A stretch of DNA of 64,000 nt from an uncultured Poribacteria bacterium (GTDB lineage Bacteria; Poribacteria; WGA-4E; WGA-3G), in NCBI GenBank assembly GCA_951813565.1, contig OX638351.1:1568001-1632000 (forward strand), written 5' to 3'. The notes beneath the pieces were generated by a model. It ran no database searches and was not told the origin of the DNA. It worked only from the letters and a program-made list of their open reading frames with translations. This document shows positions 60,219 to 64,000 of the stretch, piece by piece (the stretch's first letter is position 1; every line of letters begins with the position of its first letter). The position numbers and the translations under genes were made by a program.

Positions 60219-60358
60219 AGAATTTTGATCGTAGTAAACTCCTTTGTAGGTGAGGTTTGCTAATTGCAACTACCGTGCCCATGGAAAATTGAAATGGCCG
60301 ATTTAATACATAATCTTTATCCGTGTGCCGTACACCCCTTTCTCTGTAAAGCATAAAA

Positions 60359-61114
60359 ATGTCCAAACAAAACAGTCCCAACGAACTACAAACAGATAAT
60401 CTTAAAGACAAAGTCGCGATTGTTACTGGCGCATCAAAGGGCATCGGTAAAGCAATAGCCGTTTCTTTAGCAGATGCAGGTGCAAAGGTTGTCCTTGCAG
60501 CACGTACGCGTCAGACAGTAGAACAGGTCGCAGCAGAACTTAGAGAGTCAGGAGCGGATGCAATCGCTATCCCGACTGATGTCACAGACGTTGACGCTGT
60601 GCAAAACCTTATTCAACGGACATTAGATACCTATCAGAATCTGGATATTTTGATAAACAACGCAGGGAATGGAATATTTGGGACCGTTACAGATTTTGAT
60701 CCATCAGATTGGGATAGCGTTATCAATTCCAATTTGAAAGGGGTCTATCTTTGTGCTAAATACGCGCTTCCACATTTATTAGCACAACAAGATGGGGGTC
60801 AGATTATTAACGTGCTTTCTATCGCAGCGAAGGTTGCTTTTCCCGCTTCAAGCGCATATTGTGCCGCAAAAGCAGGTGCGCTTGCCTTAACAAAGGTCCT
60901 GGCTGCTGAGGTGCGGGACAAGAACATACGGGTAACGGCAGTGCTACCCGGTTCCGTTGAAACGCCATTTTGGGATGATATTCCACAACATCCCGATTTT
61001 GAAAAGATGCTTAAACCGGAACATGTTGCTAACGTTGTTCTGTCTGTGTGCCAACAACCGATTGGCATGGTAACCGAAGAAATTGTTGTGATGCCACCGC
61101 TCGGAATTTTGTAA
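60359..61114 (+). CDS. short-chain dehydrogenase/reductase
   Basis: TGASKGIG, NNAG, YCAAK. Confidence 0.93.
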   Translation: MSKQNSPNELQTDNLKDKVAIVTGASKGIGKAIAVSLADAGAKVVLAARTRQTVEQVAAELRESGADAIAIPTDVTDVDAVQNLIQRTLDTYQNLDILINNAGNGIFGTVTDFDPSDWDSVINSNLKGVYLCAKYALPHLLAQQDGGQIINVLSIAAKVAFPASSAYCAAKAGALALTKVLAAEVRDKNIRVTAVLPGSVETPFWDDIPQHPDFEKMLKPEHVANVVLSVCQQPIGMVTEEIVVMPPLGIL

Positions 61115-61197
61115 ATATTTATATATTTAGCTATCGGTTTGAAGGAGACCTTCCTTAAAAACTGATAGCGATTTTGTTGGAGTTGTTCACAAAGCAG

Positions 61198-63879
61198 TTA
61201 GGTATTAAATCTACCGAGTCGCCGTCGGATACGAATTTTTTTGATAGCGCGTGTATCAGCATCTAAAATAGTGATAACTGCATCGCCGAGTTCTAATTCC
61301 CTGCCAGTTTCCGGAATTGTACCAGTACGATCAAGAATATAACCAGCGATAGTCGTATAATAATCGCCTTGAGGAATTGGTAGCCCATAGTGTTCTTCCA
61401 ATATCTCGATCTCGGTCCTGCCTTCACATTCAAGAATGTCGGGAGCAATTAAATGGATAGAATCAGGGTCATCCCGTTCATCAGCAAATTCACCAATAAT
61501 CTCTTCAATAAGGTCTTCAACAGTCACAAGACCGACAATACCGCTATATTCATCAACAGCAAATACCATCGTATGCTGGGTATTTTGAATTTCTTTGAGG
61601 AGAGCATTAATATTTTTCGATTCAGGGACAACATGTATATCTGTGCGGATGAACGGTTCGACCGTTTCAGGTTGGTCTTCAGCATAGATAACGTCTAAAA
61701 GGTTAACAATTCCAACAATGTCGTAAATACGTTCATCGTATACTGGAATCCGGGAGTAGCCAGAATCAGCAGCAATTTGCAAAAAATCCTCACATGTTGT
61801 ATTTTTTTCTATTGCAATGATATCAACGAGCGGCACCATCACCTGCCTAACAGTACGGTTTTGGAAGTTGAGTAGACGGTGAATCATTTGTCGTTGTTCT
61901 GTCAGCAGGTTTCCTGAACGTTCACCCATAGTTGCAAGCAACCGTAATTCTTCACGTTGGGCATCAGGACTGGGTGAGTTTGCACCTCTATCTATTAATT
62001 TGACGAGAGCTTTCGTTACAGTTTGGACAAAGTAGATTAAGGGAGCTAAAATATATTCAGATAATCGTAAAGGATACGCGAAACGCAAAGCAAGGGCATC
62101 CGCCTTGACACGAAAAATCGTTTTTGGCAAAATTTCTCCGAAGATAAGCAACAAAACGGTTATGTAAGTGACGGTGATTGCTGCTCGTAACTCATCTGTA
62201 AGGCTTGGCAAAATCTTTCCAGTCAATTGATCTCCAAATAGTGAAATTAGGACATTTGCGAGATTTGTTCCCACCAAAGTGAGCGCAAGCATCTTATCAG
62301 GGGATTCAACTAAACGATGGATAATTTTTGCCTTTGCGTCGTTAGTTTCAACAAGTTGGTTCATTCGGATTTTATTGACTGAGACGAGGGCAGTCTCTGA
62401 ACCCGAATAAAAAGCTGACAGCACAAGGCAGATAAGCACCGCTAAAGCAAATGAACCAATGAGTATAGCAGTATGTGTTACGCTGCCAGCACCGATTAAA
62501 AAGATGGATAATAGAAGCAGCTTCAATGGAACAGCATTTTCAACTATATTTTCCTTGTCAGGTACTTCAGATGTAGGGACTCGGATAAACAGTCCTGCGA
62601 TTAGATTGCCTTCTGTGGTAGTGATTTCAAATTCTATACCGTTTTCGTCAACATGAGATTCACCAACGGAGGGAATTCGTCCAAAAAGTCCGAGTGCGTA
62701 TCCACCGATTGTATCGGCATCATCTTCTTGGATTTTGAGTCCAAATTGTTGGTTCAGTTCGCGGATACTGATGCGTCCGATAGTTTCTATCACTAACGGG
62801 TCCTCTGAATGTTTGATATACTTTGGAGTAGAATTGTCCTTATCATGTTCATCAACGATATCACCTACGACTTGTTCAACGATGTCTTCAGTTGTAACAA
62901 TGCCGGAAATTCCGCCGTATTCATCACGGAGAATCGCTATTTTGGTTTTTTCATTTTGCAGTTGGAGTAGCAACATACCGATTTTTCGGGTTTCAAGTAC
63001 TAAAAAAGGTTCTCGAATCAATGGAGCGTCTGTATTTTTTTCCCGTTTTTCAAGAAATTCATCTATTGTAAGCGAATTTATCTCTGCAAGGCGCCACTGC
63101 GATAAATCCTTAACATAGAAAATGCCACAGATGTTATCAATTTGTTCTCGATAAATCGGAATCCGTGAAAACCCTGATTTTTTTGCCTGCGTCAAGGTAT
63201 CTTGGATAGTGTTTGAGGTAGGGACTGCAATAACTTCAGTTCTGGGAACCATAATTTCTTTTGCTTCAATGTCTCGCAATTGAAGGATATTACTCACGAT
63301 TTCGCGTTCATCAGGTGGGAGTGTTTCTTCGTGGTAGGTCTTAAAAAATTCTTGTAAATCTGTCGTTGTGAATTCTTCTGAAGGTGGTGGTTGTCCACCA
63401 AATATTGGGATAAGTTTGTCAATGATTTTACGCAGTAGCGCGCGTAGAGGGGAAATGAAAATGGAAAATGCCCACAACGGTGGTGCTGTGATTCTGGAAA
63501 AGGACTCCGCATGCTTAATTGCATAGGTTTTCGGTGTCATTTCACCGAAAATGAGCATGAGGATCACGCTGAGTGCTGTAGCAACAACAAAATGGATAAC
63601 CTCAGAAGCTTGGGGAAGTATTTTCTTCTCAACAAGCTGCACCATAATAATCGCGAATGTAACGTTAACCAGATTGTTTCCAAGGAGGACAGTAATAAAT
63701 AAACGGCGTGGATTGTCAACGAAATTGACAATTGCAGACGTGTTTCCCCGTTTGAGACGTAGTTTTTCAATTTGCACTCGCGTTAGCGCGCATAAAGCCG
63801 TCTCAGAACCGGAAAAAAAGCCGGAAAGGATAAGTAAACCTACCAATCCAATCAAATAAGGCAGTAGTGGAACTTCCAT
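61198..63879 (-). CDS. tandem double CorC/HlyC (CNNM) protein: two DUF21-CBS-CBS-CorC modules
   Basis: SGSETAL, GEMTPK/GEILPK, SR.P, DEYxG and TIxGY each occur twice in one 893-aa frame. Confidence 0.92.
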   Translation of the reverse strand: MEVPLLPYLIGLVGLLILSGFFSGSETALCALTRVQIEKLRLKRGNTSAIVNFVDNPRRLFITVLLGNNLVNVTFAIIMVQLVEKKILPQASEVIHFVVATALSVILMLIFGEMTPKTYAIKHAESFSRITAPPLWAFSIFISPLRALLRKIIDKLIPIFGGQPPPSEEFTTTDLQEFFKTYHEETLPPDEREIVSNILQLRDIEAKEIMVPRTEVIAVPTSNTIQDTLTQAKKSGFSRIPIYREQIDNICGIFYVKDLSQWRLAEINSLTIDEFLEKREKNTDAPLIREPFLVLETRKIGMLLLQLQNEKTKIAILRDEYGGISGIVTTEDIVEQVVGDIVDEHDKDNSTPKYIKHSEDPLVIETIGRISIRELNQQFGLKIQEDDADTIGGYALGLFGRIPSVGESHVDENGIEFEITTTEGNLIAGLFIRVPTSEVPDKENIVENAVPLKLLLLSIFLIGAGSVTHTAILIGSFALAVLICLVLSAFYSGSETALVSVNKIRMNQLVETNDAKAKIIHRLVESPDKMLALTLVGTNLANVLISLFGDQLTGKILPSLTDELRAAITVTYITVLLLIFGEILPKTIFRVKADALALRFAYPLRLSEYILAPLIYFVQTVTKALVKLIDRGANSPSPDAQREELRLLATMGERSGNLLTEQRQMIHRLLNFQNRTVRQVMVPLVDIIAIEKNTTCEDFLQIAADSGYSRIPVYDERIYDIVGIVNLLDVIYAEDQPETVEPFIRTDIHVVPESKNINALLKEIQNTQHTMVFAVDEYSGIVGLVTVEDLIEEIIGEFADERDDPDSIHLIAPDILECEGRTEIEILEEHYGLPIPQGDYYTTIAGYILDRTGTIPETGRELELGDAVITILDADTRAIKKIRIRRRLGRFNT

Positions 63880-64000
63880 TCTTTTGAGGGACGAATTTAA
63901 TGAGATGTTCGTCCAAGAGTACTAACCTCAGTTTCTGTGCTAAAATATAGTGTGTTCAATATTGATATAACGTGATTTAATATTAATATAACATGTTAAC

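Overview
Bacterial chromosomal window, mostly + strand. The gene style (Uma2 nucleases, ECF sigma fusions, trypsin-TPR, DUF5069, many GTAG-type REPs) suggests Ca. Poribacteria; this is an inference. Order: trkH-pdxH; a ~24.5 kb complex I (nuo) cluster that lacks nuoI and is interleaved with co-oriented accessory genes (Uma2 nucleases, an Hpy99I-like R-M pair with frameshifted nuclease, a PabI/HpyAXII-like methylase, a putative Na+/H+ antiporter coupled to nuoM, MITEs); an 11.4 kb ECF-sigma island (28289-39709); a secreted glycoside-hydrolase-like gene; a complete F0F1 ATP synthase operon, also interleaved, followed by a small nucleotidyltransferase module bracketed by a duplicated atpC 3' end; minus-strand AlbA_2/Schlafen, trypsin-TPR and DUF433/PIN TA genes; a divergent citrate synthase-icd-small ORF-mdh-SDR cluster; and a tandem double CorC/CNNM fusion. 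The best candidate for an undescribed system is the ECF island. It holds an ECF sigma factor fused to an FtsZ GTP-binding domain that stops just before the T7 loop, three DUF5694-like paralogs (the sigma-coupled one has lost two conserved residues), two DUF5916-like paralogs carrying an in-frame REP, and a shared ~37-bp gene-junction motif. No rRNA, tRNA, CRISPR array, integrase or transposase was recognised. Family assignments come from motif recognition and recall, not database searches.
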